DNA of 64,000 nt from Perkinsus chesapeaki ATCC PRA-425 (lineage: Eukaryota > Protista > Perkinsozoa), in assembly GCA_013115145.1 (NCBI GenBank), contig JAAPAO010000120.1, forward strand, positions 1-64,000, given 5' to 3'. Below, in pieces: positions 43,257 through 56,098 of this stretch. The translations under genes and the position numbers were made by a program. The first letter of the stretch is position 1. Each line of letters begins with the position of its first letter. The notes below the pieces were generated by a model that was given only the letters and a program-made list of their open reading frames with translations, was not told the origin of the DNA and made no database searches.

Positions 43257-45452
43257 ATGACGGACACCATTCGCATACCGGTTCGACTTTTCGTTGGCAA
43301 ACTCCCGGCCGCTTGGAAGGAGCAAAATGTCCGCGATCTTTTTGAAGCGTAAGACACTCTGAAAAGTGAACGCTTGAGCGGGTGAATCACTTGTTTAGAT
43401 ATGGTGAGGTCCAAGAAGTAGGCCTAATTAGGTCCAAAGAATCCAGCAAGCAGCAGACAGGTAGCACATTGCTACATAAAATGGCAATATCGCTCTAGCA
43501 GTGTCTCAAGTGCTTACCACACCTCTTTTCAAAGTGTTATTAATGCACTTATTATTATTATGAACCCCGTTTAGCTCGCAAAGTGTCATTGTCGTGTACC
43601 CATCATCGCAGCTTTAAAGTGTTATTTATTAACTCGTTTGTCTTCCTTCTTTGCAGCAGCACCCAATGTGATTGTTTGTTGTTGTTCCTCCAGGCTGTGC
43701 ATTTGTTAAGTTCGGTGCTGTCCATGAAGCCGCTACTGCTATCAAATCTCTTAATGGAACTTATAAAGCCGACGATGTACTACTAACAATCGACTCACTC
43801 TCTTACGACTGCTGACGGTCGTCATCATCATGATCATCACGGTATTGGTGAGCTTTCTGGTATCATTTTTATGTAAGCTCGTTATGTCTTTTCTCACAGT
43901 GTAACCGTGTATCTCGCATTCCCGCTGTTGTCAGCAGCTGATTGCCAATCTTGTTCCTTCAGGCGTGTGGTTTTATCCAAGTGCAGTTCGCTAATGGCGA
44001 ACCCGAGAGGCTTGGTCTTCCGGATGATACCGAAGGTTACTCTCAAAAGCTCTTTGTTGGCAATGTAAGCCTACAGGCTTCCGACCCAGTCAGTGCAATT
44101 TCTCAGGTCCCACCGTCCGTCAGCGATGATGAACTGAAGAAAATTTTTGAGGAGTGAGTGACGACAACTTTGATTGGTCTTTTCATCCTGATTTGCGCTA
44201 AGGCATGGCACCGTCAGCGAGGCCTACAGTCTGGAGTCGAAGCGCTCGGGAGGCAACAAGGCCGCCTTCGTGAGATTCTCTAAGAAGTCGGACGCATTGA
44301 AGGCCATCGAAGCTATGAACGACAAGTACACTTTTCCTGGGGAGCAACATCCCATTGCAGTGAAGTGTGCGGACACCAAAGAGCAAAGGTGAGGGAAGCC
44401 TCTGGAGCCCATGAGAGGCCAGGAGTGGTACTTGCTCAGATTGGCACACAAGCAAGAGGCCGAACAACATCGTTACCCAGGCGGCGGTGGGGATAGATCG
44501 TTCAACACCCCTGATCAGGGCAGCGGATATGACCGTATGGGTCGCATGGGAGGACCTAGAGATGGCTTTCAGACCCGAGGAGGAGGATACCAACCACCTG
44601 TAGGTTTGCGATTGACAAAGGTGCCTTCATTGGCCGCCATTTCAGCCGCCACCAATGGCAGCAGCTCAGCCAAGGCGTGCTGGGCCATGGACCGAGTACC
44701 TTAACCATCCAGATGGTCGCTACTACTACCATAACTCTCAGACGGGTCAAACACAATGGGAAGTGCCCTATGAGGTAACGAAATCTAGTGGTGATCAATC
44801 GTCATAGACTGACGCCTGTTTAGTTCCAGAACATGGGTCCCCCTCCCCCGCCCAACCCACAGCCTCAAGCTGCTGCTCCGGGGTAGCAAAGCGCCGCGTA
44901 AGCTCTTCATTTACTTCAACTTAGGTTCCAGCAAACTCCTCAAAGTAACTTTGGTCCTGGTGGCGGCTATGGGCAGATGAACATGCCGTCCGGCGGTGGC
45001 AGCCACCAGTCTGGTAGATCACAGCACCCTCGCAACGGTCCTCCTGGAGGTATATCTCTATAGGGCATCGTGTGCCGATTTTATTCCATCTTTTCAGCCA
45101 ATATCTTCGTATACAATCTTCCCAACGACTGGAAGGATGGCGACCTCGCACGGGAGTTTGCATCCTGTGGGACGATCACAACCACCAAGTAGGGCAGCCA
45201 TCCTGCTCCTCTTTCTGTCATTTTTTATTGCTAGAGTTATCGTGGATAATTCTAACGGCCAATCTAAGGGTTACGGTTTCGTATCGTACAACGAGGTCCC
45301 CAGCGCAGTGACCGCTGTTCGGACAATGGATGGTTTCACCACTCACACTGGCAAACGGCTGAGAGTCCAGGTAATGGAGGATCAGGCAGTGCGTGGTAAA
45401 CGTTATGTTGGCTTTAGATCAAGAAGGGTGAGGAAGAAGCAGCTGCACAGGT
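43257..45452 (+). CDS. CELF/Bruno-like RNA-binding protein (3 RRMs)
   Basis: RRM1 RLFVGKLP...GCAFVKF, RRM2 KLFVGN...AAFVRF...PIAVKCADTKEQR, a Gly/Pro-rich linker, and RRM3 introduced by GPPG with YNLPNDW...SKGYGFVSY. The 3' end is approximate. Confidence 0.88.
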
Positions 45453-45698
45453 GATGGGCGTGCCAGTGAGTCAGATTGGCGGGCATTGTAAGAACCTGTT
45501 CCTTTTGGTAGCCTGGTACTCCTTCTTTCAGCGAACCGTGGATCAAATCCATATTAATGGCCGAGTATTTTACGCCGCTTTTAGTTGATCAAGTTACGTA
45601 ACCATTGCTTGTAGAATATATACCAACGATTTGAGTTCGTCATCATTTTGAGGGATGTTTGTCGAGCCACGGACTTCCCCGAAGCTTGTAGTTATAAA

Positions 45699-47055
45699 AT
45701 GTCGCGCACCTACGGCGGTGCCCCTATTGACCCTCAAGAAGAGGCAGTTCTGGTGACAGGAGCCGGAACGGTCCGCACCAACGGTCGGTATTATAAGACA
45801 GACCGAGCGAGTGTGGAAGGAGTAGCGATGTACAGAAAGGTAATAGAGGAGGGAGGTTCAAGTTGTGAAGTTATGTCCGATAGCCCGGTAGTAGTCTTGG
45901 TCTGATATATTGGGAAGATGGGAAATGGTATATAGCGGACTGTGGTGATGAGTTTAGTCCAGCTGGAGAGGATCACCTGGATTTTTACTCTGCGGATGCT
46001 GGAGTACTCAAAGAGAAGGTCCCAACGAACGGGTAAATACAAGGCCTCCACTGGCTTGAGCTTCTATAGAGAAAGTGCCGTATGCATAGGTGGGCCGTTG
46101 AAGAGGACGGAATGGCCCCTCCACCAAAGGTAGACTTTGGTGATGATTGCGCTGCTAAGGGAGCAGCTTCGATGCTCATGGGTAACAAAACTTCTCTTGA
46201 TTCGAGCTCTTTACGAAGATGTATAGGTAAAGTGAAGGTGGATATGAGGCGAGCAGGCAATAAAGGCTCTGATGAGCTGGTCGCCGACTGTCGCTCGGCC
46301 ATAGCCCTCAATCCGACCTTCGACTCTTACTTCACTTTAGCAACAGTAGGGCAGCTCTGCTGTGGAAATTCTGCAGAGTGCGGATAGATACTCGAGGGGC
46401 TGGAGAGGAAGGATGAGGCGTATGAAGCACTGGCCGAGCTCGGAGGGGCTGATTGGATTAAATACGGTGCACCGGAGAACTACTATGTTATGGAACAGCG
46501 GAAACAGGTAATGCTGGACCAATGCATTCAAGTGTACTCGTTCCGCGTAGGCTAGTGAGCTGCTGGCCAGGGTGCACGATCCGGCGAAGGAAGACGTTGC
46601 TCATCTTTGCAGGATCTTGCTTGATACAAGAATACACCGGTGGGTGGTCCGCAATCTGTAGGCATTCGTTGACGGAAAGTTTAGTTTCACCGATTACATT
46701 GTTCGAGTATCGAAAACTCTGCGAGAAATGCTAGACCAAGAAGGAGGGCACGGCTACTATACGAGTGATGGCAGTACGAACGAGGATGACCATGAGGAAG
46801 AGGCACGAGCTAGAGAGTTCGCGAAAAGGTATATTGGTTTAATGCGGGTGTTGGGCATATTGTAGAATATGTCAGGCAGAGGGAGTTCAGGGACTGTGAT
46901 GGCTTGACAGTGGCCCACAATATGCGCATGCTTTACAGGAATATTGAGAAGTTCACGTTTGATGTAGTGATCGTTGGGGGGGGCGAGTCGCTTTGTAATC
47001 GGAGCTTAGACGCGCGATTTGGCCTTGACTCGTACCAAGCTCTTTTCGGCTGCTG
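45699..47055 (+). CDS. Multi-exon hypothetical protein with TPR-like segment
   Basis: Spliced exons include LVADCRSAIALNPTFDSYFTLA...ILEGLERKDEAYEAL, which is TPR-like. The 3' end is approximate. Confidence 0.5.
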
Positions 47056-47340
47056 ATGCCTTCCGAGCATTTGCCACTCCAGAGGTTCAGAGAATCGACA
47101 ACAGAGGCGTTGACGCCACGTTTAAAAAGTAACCTTCGGTGATCGAACCGGGCAAGAGTTTCGGTTAGGTTTTGGCAGACAGACGTCAAGAACGACGAAA
47201 ATCCTTACGAGAGTACCGAGTCCAAGTTGAAGGACACCGACCCGGAAAAAGAAGACAAATGCCCGGTCATTAAAAACATAAACGAAAGTTAGTTCAGAAT
47301 CACAGCTTCTCGTTTAGAGTTCATTCTTCCAGGTGACGAT

Positions 47341-48011
47341 ATGGACTCTGAGAGAGAGCGACAGGAGACATACAGAAAGCGTTTGTGGGACAGCGGGAAA
47401 CCGTGGGAGGCAATGCTTTTATTATTATCTTCGCGTGATAATATCGGTCAACTCTCGCAGGTTGGGGAAATCTCCTTGGGCACTCTCCACGCCCATGACT
47501 GTAATGCCCAGCTGAAGCTTATCTCGGTGCATGGTGTTGTCTTCGATGTCTCAGAGAATCTCGATAAGTACTATTTCCATACTTACTATTTAGCATCTTG
47601 AAGTGGTCTGTAGATACGCTCCGGATGGGGAATACTTTTTCTTCGCTGGGCGTGATATCACCTGGCCGCTGGCGACCAGTGCTCTCAATGGGGAGTACGC
47701 GGACCAATTTTATAATTTATCTCCGGAAATGCGGAAAAAGGTGCGCTGTTATGATCCGGCAATGATGATGCAATCGCAATACCGGCGTCAGGTGTATGGA
47801 TGGATGGAATACTACGAGAAAAAATATAAAGTTGTGGGCTACTTGGATAAGTACCACAGCGAGGAGGCATTCCCCGAGCCACCTCCTGAAGATGAACAAC
47901 CAGAAATGGAATGTAATGAGGGCGGGGGAAATCATTTACTCTTCAACGTCCATCTATACTACTCTTATGCAGAACACTTTGACGTCAACTTGTGCAGGTA
48001 CGATCATGTGA
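47341..48011 (+). CDS. Cytochrome b5-like heme/steroid-binding (MAPR family) protein
   Basis: LISVHGVVFDVS, YFFFAGRDITWPLA, and WMEYYEKKYKVVGYL are MAPR signatures. There is no N-terminal TM helix. The predicted last intron 47913-47997 gives the ending CTIM*. Confidence 0.85.
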
Positions 48012-48396
48012 AAACATTTTTTAACCTTCAAGACTTCTCCAATCTCTAATCGCGTGTGTACGTTTTTGTTATTGAATTCGATGTGAACATTACAGTGTTG
48101 CGTTTATATTAACCCAACTAAGCAGCATGTAGGAAACAAAAGAATTAAGACGTACATCATACTATCTAATAGGCTACTACAGTAACCATCTACCATTTAT
48201 CAGATTGCCTACGATAATACGCCATATCGTGCCCGGCTGGTCTATCGTACACCATGTGCCCAGTTGGCGCCTCACCAGTTGTCCGCCGCTGCGAGCTCTT
48301 CGCTCGAGGCTTCGATGGTCGTACCGGTTTGGTAGGCAAAGGCCGAGGAGCACACCTATGAGAACCTTTAGTGAAGTCACAGAAGCGTTGGTATTC

Positions 48397-51300
48397 TTAC
48401 CGATCGTCAACGATACTCGGTTCTCGGGCAGCCTCTGGTCGTGGTCGAAGCAAGACAGGTCGGTCGACTGGGCTCTCCTTCCGAGGCTCTTGGGGTGGAG
48501 GGGTCCGAACAAGCTGAAAGCAATATGGGAAGGGGCATAATATCTTCGAAGTCCTCACTGGTTTCAGCCTATTCTGAGATCGATCACGGCTTCTAGAATG
48601 CTGCCTCCAATCCCACACAGGGCCTGGCTGGCTTCGACTGCTGAGTGGTGTCGTGTCGTCCTTCATCGTGTAGCGTGTCCTCTGCTTCGCATGAACTGGA
48701 AGGTTCGGCATTCTCTCCCTTATGGGAGCTGCTGCTGCTACTGCTGCTGGTGGTGGTTGCCGTTCACAAGCTAAGGATGGTCGCCGAGCGTCCCGAATGA
48801 CCGACAAGGGTTCAGGCTAGAAATGAGATGGCATGATACAAAGAGTTAACCCCTACCTCCGCCTTCTCCTCCCAAAAGTCTTTCGGCACCTCCGACTTTG
48901 TCCACTCAGCCGCGTAAGATGACCGCCACGACGGCGATGCATCTGCAGCTTCTTCCTTAGTCTCTCTCTCCCAAGCATCCGCCCACTTCTCACCAACCCC
49001 AACGGCCGCCGGCTTCGACTCTTCCCAATCAGAGCGCTCCCATTCATCCCAACGCTCCCAAGTAGTGCCTTTCCATTCCTCATCCTTCTTCTCCACTCTT
49101 TCCCAGTCCTCCTCCTCCTCTTGCTTTTCCCACTTTCGGTCTACGTTCTCCCAACCCTGGTCCACCTTGTCCCAACTTCGGTCCTTCTTTGACCAATTGT
49201 GGTTGTTTTGGTCCCACTCCTGGTCCTTTTCCCATTCGTCAGACCAACTCGATTTCCCCTTCTGAGCGGCCGTAGTGCTCCTGTCATTGGCTTTACTGCA
49301 ATAGACCTCCCAACTCTCCGCCTTCCTTTCGACAGCTTTCTTCCTGGAATCACATATCTGGACGGCTGCTGACGGACTAGCGTGGCTCGGGGTTAAAGGC
49401 TTATTTGAAGATTCATGGTGCTTGGTCATCGGTGGCCTTGAATCATACGCAGAGGGACCGCGACGAACCTGCTGGAGAACAGTGAGATACTCAGAGCCCT
49501 GCGGCCCCTGCCACCAACCTTAGCTGGGGGAGGCTGCTGCCCTCCTTGGTCCTCTTCCTCCTGACTTGGATCCGTAGACTTGCGTTTTTTCTCCCATGTG
49601 CCACTATCTGGTGTGCCCCAAGAATCCTCCTCTTTATTAATTCCCTCTTCCTCTGTCTCATCGTCTCCTTTTGCCTTCTCGCCCACAATCACCTTTGCCT
49701 CCCCCGGTTTGTGTGTGATAACAGTAATAACTTCTTGTTTGCCGTTCCGGTTTCTGCCGCCTCTCCTTCCCCGATGGCCAGACTGCCTGCGGTGCTCTTG
49801 AGCTTGCTCGCCATTGGCTCCCCCATGCGTTGGTCGAGGCTGCTCATCTGCCATCTCGGTGACTGCAGCGTTGTTCTGCTGGGTGTTTCGCTGTTGCTCT
49901 GCAACCTCTTCGTGATTAGGGAAGGCCGGTTGTATCCACCTAAGGATCATTCCCATCATCAACTCCGATACAGTAGTACTTCCTTCCCTGCGAGATCTGA
50001 GTGCCCCCACCCTGCCCCTTTCCAGGCACCCCGACACTTGCTTTAGCTTGGGCTGGCACCGACTGCTGCCCTGTGCCACTAGCAGCTAAAGCCAGCTGTC
50101 TTGCTGCTTGCCGAGCGGCTTCAGCCTGGCACGGTGGCACCATGAGCCCGTTCTATCACCGATCCCCCTCAGTTTCCAACCTCTTTGTCCAATTCCATCT
50201 GCTCCTGAGCCTTCGCCTTTGCCTGAGCATCTGCCACCTCCTGTTTGGTCTTCAGCCACGACGAGGTAAATGCTACCTGCACGAGGCCCAATCGATCACC
50301 TCTCCAGGTTAGTGCCCCCACTACTTTCACAACAACATCTTTCTCGCTGTCCACCACCATACTCCTGATCACCAGCTTGCCCGAACTGTCAATCCATCCA
50401 GCTTCGATCAGCTTGGCAGGATCGGACTGGAGATCCAGAAGGCCGGACCACCCCCTGAGGACAGCACTCTCACTTCCACAGTGTCGCCGTTGCTGTCTCC
50501 TACAGTGTGGGCTGCTGCTTGCTGAACACTCCTGGACCATACCGAATAATGGAAGTGCTCGGTGACCTAATTGAAACATATCAGCCATCCCAGGGAGGAG
50601 CATTGCTGCAGCCCACTTGTAATTGGGTATCCAGACCATAACTTGCTTCTTCAATTCTGCCGACATCCACGGGTAGGTTGTACCTGACATGGCTCACACT
50701 GGCCTCATCAAGGCAAAGACGACCTACCAGCGAAAGGGCTCTGCGGCTTAGGTTCATGCTCGACGATGACATTGACCGCAAGCCAGCTGTCCGTGGGCTT
50801 CCTCTGGGCCGCTGGAAGATCCTTAAGTTGATATCTGAAACCCGAGCTCCACCCGCACCAGTGGGCCACCACCGTGCCTACCCCCTCGGATAGATCTGCA
50901 TGCGATGCCTGTAGGTGTGGTCGGGTGACGTTTGCCACCGACTTGTGAGAATCGTGGAGCGCATCGGGAACCGTGCGCGTTTGTCCGTCCACATTTCCAG
51001 TATCTGACACCTCTAGCCATCCCCTGCAGCATTTCTCTAAAACCCTACAAACTCAGCTTCCCCGGGCCTTAGTGGTGGCAACACTGACGTCATCAGTTCC
51101 GAGTATTTAGCACCCGAAGCCGGAGAAGACTGGCTCAGCCCTCGAGTGTCGCTGATGGTGATGCTGCCTGCCGACTGCATAACGGAAGCGCTCCCTGGAC
51201 CAGCTGGCCTATGTTGGCCTGCTGCCGTCGGCCCAGCTGGCAGTTGCGATGGTGGTGGTGGTGGTGCAGTACTCGCCACTGCTGATACTGCCTTAGGTCT

Positions 51301-52569
51301 AGCCTGGCCCTGGATACCATAGCCAGTAGCCATGGCAAGCGGAGGGGACATTTGCCCTTGGGGCCCTGCCGCATCACCAATGCATCTTCCCATACCTGCC
51401 GTTTACTACCTGTATACTGCTGCTGCTGGGTTGATGGCGGTGAGGCGGCTGCTGCTGTTGCCTTGGGCTGAGGAGGGCTCGAGCATCTGCCAGGTATCCA
51501 CAGCTCCAATAGCCAGCAGATATCCCCTCCCCTTACTGAGTTGCTGGCGATGCTGCCGTTGGCGAGCTTTGCTGTTGCGCTGCCTTCCCCTTGCCACCCT
51601 TTCCTCCTTTTCTTTGCCGTTGATCATATCGACTCCCCGAGCGGGCGACACCCAGGCTCGGCCGTCCAGTGGCCTGGTTGGGAGCTCCCTGGTTGACCGG
51701 CGGGCTAACGACCTTCAGAGGGGTAGGAAGCAGCGCACTTCCCACCGCCGCCGCCGTTGCTGGTAGTGCTGGTGGTGGCTGCTGGTCACTTCCAGTCGAA
51801 TAACGTGGCGCGTGACTAGGGCCCGCAGCAGCCGGCGACTGCTGCTGCTGCAGCTGGTTCTGGTGATTCTGACTAATCGGTCGGGCCGGGCTCTGTTGAA
51901 CCCATCGTTGCGGTTGGCTGGCTCCGCCTTTCCCAGGTGGTGTGGCCGCCACTGTGTGCCCCCCAAACTGGTTTGCATACTGCTGCTGTTGCTGATAGAG
52001 GCCAGCTGCGTCCTGCTGTCCTCCTCCCCCTGCATAAGGCATATTTTGCTGCTGTACCCCATGTGGACGGGCAAAGGCAGCGGCCGCCGATTGATAGTAC
52101 TGATTGTACTGCGGGTAATAAGGGGCCGCCGCCGCCGCAGCCGCACCAGCGTAAGCCGGCTGCCCAGCTTGACCCGCCGATGATGATGATGCTTGCTGCC
52201 CAGCCGAGGCAACAAAACCAGGGTACCCCTGGGCTTGGGCATAGTACTGACATCGACTGGAACTAACTATTTGCTATCCAACGCTACTACTACCTGTCTC
52301 CCAGCAGAAGCAGCTCCGCCCCACGGCGAGAAGTCACCATTATTAGAAGCACTGTTGCCGGGTGTTGCGGCCGCCGCCGCCGTAACTGCCGTCATCTGCT
52401 GCTGCTGATGATACTGCTGGCTGTTGGCCACCGACATGGGTCCTATATGGTTGGCATACTGCCCGGGGGCGGTGGTAGGAGGGGCCGAGGCCACCAGACC
52501 TGGCATGAACGCACGTTGTGGTGGTGGGGGTGGGGGCTGTCCTCCTCCTGCTCCTCCGTAATAAGACAT
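48397..52569 (-). CDS. Q/P/A-rich protein with central MATH (TRAF-like) domain and acidic Trp-repeat region
   Basis: The spliced core (50270-51000) reads HRMQIYPRG...DSWLAVNV...GWSGLLDLQSDPAKLIEAGWIDSSGKLVIRSMVV, matching a MATH-type YPxG start and WG...GWI..D.L.I end. ATG at 52569. The 3' end is approximate. Confidence 0.62.
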
Positions 52570-53621
52570 AGGACAGGCAACAGCGACCTAGCAGACAGAA
52601 ACTTTTCTACCTACACCTGAGTCACCAACTACCTATCAGTTTACATTCAACGCAAGACTTCACTGTTGACATTGATAAGTGAAAGAGCATCATATTCTTG
52701 AGCTAGCGATCAATCAGCGACGAGACAGAAGCATTGAGCTCGGGTAGGGTGGTGGCTCATACGTGGAATGATTATATCTTCGGACATGCTAATCAATCTC
52801 GAGGAGGCCAACAACTGCACTTTGCAATTTCATATCGAAGGACTACTATAAGGGGTAGAAAAATTTGCCGCAAAATAGGTTAGCAGCCCCCAATTCCATA
52901 ACCACGGACGGAGCTGCCCGAGTGCCGCTGCTGCCGCTTGGCGAGTGTAATGGCAATCGAGCTGCAGCAGCAGCTGCAGCCAGCGGCCGGGGCGAGTCTC
53001 GGCAAAAAGGGTACAAACCCTAAGAAGCGTTGCATGGATGAGCATAATCATTAGTTGCTTGACAAGTGAAAAAGTATTGCAAGTAATAGGTACTGTAAGG
53101 TGGCGTTGTCGTTATTGCCATTGGTAATAGACTATGTTAAAAAACATAAAAAATAATAGTAATGGTATACTTGGTAATTGCTGTCCACATAGAATGGTAC
53201 TACTCATGACGGTGATGGAAATGCAACACCAGCAGCAGCACATATAATCATTAATACCACCAGCAGCAGCATCAGCAGCACTACGTCACCAGAACCACGA
53301 CGAGAATGGGGAAAAGAGTACCACTTACTACCAAAGTTAGCGAATCTTAGCGCAGTGAGGCGTGTCACTAGTTTCATCGCCGACGTCCCGGATAAGGGTA
53401 AAAGCCCCAAACACACAAAAGGGAAATAATTGCGGAATGCGAATGTTACATCCTTCTAGACAACGACTTCGCCGCCGGCAATGTGGCGAATGATGATGTC
53501 ATTCTACGTAAAAGAGATCCAGCTGGATCTGTGAACTAGGATTCTACTTTAATAACGAGCTTTTAAGGGAAAAAGATAAACAAAAGTTAATGACCAGAAT
53601 AGGTCCATATCGTGCTGAGCG

Positions 53622-55330
53622 TCACTTCGACATTGATGACGCCCCACGCGAGGATTTATGTGGGGGCAAAGACAAAGACTGTAGGGCTCTACGACTGCTT
53701 GCTGAAGCCAAGGTGAGGATCGGTCTGAAGAAACTAATAACAATTCACAACCTACTTACGTCATCACCTTGGGAAGGGTTGTTGCACTCCATTCAGAAAC
53801 AGAGCTGGCACAGCAAGCTCCTGTAGGCCAGCGTCAAGCTAAAAATACCATCATGTAGAACGAACCAGGAACACTTGCAAACATACGTTGTTAAATACAT
53901 TTTGCGCGTTCCAAATTGGGCTGGTTAGAAAACGCTCAATGTTAGCTTTCAACCCCTGTACACGGGCCAAGGCGACCGTGCAAGCCTGAAAAAGGCCGAT
54001 GGCGGCGGCATGTGTACCACTATTCCTTGCACTACAACCTACCATTTTCCTGTATCCTGCCCCGGACAAAATAGCACCATGGAAAGAGTCGAAGAATGAT
54101 TTCACATATAAGGGGCTCGTCATGTTAACGAAGGCATAACCAAAATTGCAAGTGGAACGGAAATCCATCGGCAAGTAGACGAAGTCGAAGGACGCCGGAG
54201 GTAAGCGTCTCTCCAGCTCAGCTATCAGTTCCACACGGGTATATCTATACACTACATCACATTAATGCTAGTATCACCGCTCCTACCGATACGGTATGTT
54301 CTTAATCATCAGGGTGGTCCTATTATCATAGTCTTTATTCGCAAAAGGGACAGCCATTGTGTCAGACGTCCTTAATGAACGCCCTATCCTATTAGATTTC
54401 ATCGTGGGATCTTGTAGGAGATCGTGAGGGCCTTGGATGTTGTTTGGTGCGGAGAAAATCGCCCATCCAAGAGTCACCGCTGATCTGAAGGGAACGGTAG
54501 CAGCGGGAAATAAGCACCATACTCACCTGTAACGTAGGAGGAGGAGGAGGCATCAAGTCAGAGTTAAAGAGGCTCGGAAACCTAACAAAACAAACTGTCC
54601 ACCAAGACAAGGCCGGGGCGATTGGATTGGAGTCCCCCCCCCCTCAGGAACAGTTAGCACTCAGTACAGTGGAATACAATGTCCTATAATGTAGCTAGCT
54701 CCACATACGTCACATTCGTGACGCAATATATCCTACCTCAAATTTCCCAAGCCTATGCACTGCCGGAATACAGCCATACGAAAATCGCAATTTCCCCTTA
54801 TCATTGCATAACTCCCCCACAGATGCATTACACAATGTCGAGGCTTTCAAACCTGGACAAACTTTTACACCTAAGCAGTCAGTTGGACGGGAAGAGCATT
54901 CTCGTTGGAGCAGTCTGTGGGTTGGCCAATATTATAAAGAAACTTTTGCCCGTGACGTACCCGACTGAGTCTTGCTGGCAGACATCCATATACGTGGCGT
55001 TAGTGGATGACGGTGAGAAACCACCACGGACAGAGTTGGGCTGAAACCATAATAAAGTAACAAGATACGGCTTATGACCAGACTTACAATGCGATAGGTC
55101 CTACTAGCTATCTCTCTGAACGCAGAGGCCAAGCCAGCAGTATGAGAGTCCGAAATGAGCTGATCGATAAGTGCCGTGATAGTGTTGTGATTGCTATATT
55201 ACTACATTTAGAATATCTGACACCAGATCAACATCCTGACAGTGCGAAGGCGCCCAAATTTTCCCGGGGTCATCTGTCAAAGCACCCGGTAGACATACTC
55301 CGTCCAAGGGTGAGTTGCTGCAGTCCATAG
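53622..55330 (-). CDS. Mei2-like RRM protein, copy 1 (intron-rich)
   Basis: RTTLMIKNIPYRYTRVELIAEL...FDFVYLPMDFRSTCNFGYAFVNM...ARVQGLKANI is the Mei2 C-terminal RRM. Upstream spliced exons occur at ~54860-55330. Both ends are approximate. Confidence 0.8.
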
Positions 55331-56098
55331 ATTGAAGGTAATAAGACCTCGTTATATTAGTAACTTCAACGCGGGGCAGGTCATATGATAGAAAAGGTAT
55401 AGCAAGTTTTACGCTCATTCTCATCGTCACAATAAACCCGAGAAGCCACATCGAAGATAACGTCTCGAGCAGCAGCAGCAGCGAGGAATACAACAGAAGG
55501 AGACAGCAGTGGTCACAATACAACATTACTAATATAGAGCGATGCAACTACAAGGTGGTAGAGGCCGCCGCTACATTCCTAGTGATGGAGCAACGATTGC
55601 GCCTGGGATGCGAGCAGTAGGAAGAGGACACAGTAAAGGAGAAGGCAAAGAGCAGCAGCAGCAGCAGCAGGGAGAGGAGGAGCACAGGTGACAAGAATAT
55701 AGTATCCAAGACCGAAAATTTCATGATACAAAATGCCTTCTACGGTGATGATGGTATCAATACAGTGTGGAGAGGCCTGCCAGAAGAGGAATAGCAACCA
55801 CCCAGGCGAGTGGGACAACAAATCATTTAAGAGGTGGTCAACGAGAAGTGACAGGAGAAGAAGAAGACATAACAGAGCATATCAACGCTCGTACCAGAAT
55901 TACTGCTACAGCGTCGTCGCTAAGTGAGATAAGGGGAGCGGTGCTCGGTTACTATGGACAAATATAGGGAAAAGCAACATCACGATTGCCAAACGAATGT
56001 ACAACAGCAGCCTACTGATAATACCGTTGCCACCACCACCACTATTATCATACCGCTCTACTTTATAATCGTGAAAGTATATAGCCACCGACAGTCAG

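Noticed and set aside
54679-55044. 121-aa plus-strand ORF
   Set aside because: The minus strand shows canonical introns and exons here that belong to Mei2-like copy 1.
55651-55670. (CAG)n tract and similar short triplet runs
   Set aside because: Short microsatellites are frequent in this window's UTR-like and low-complexity regions; nothing distinctive.
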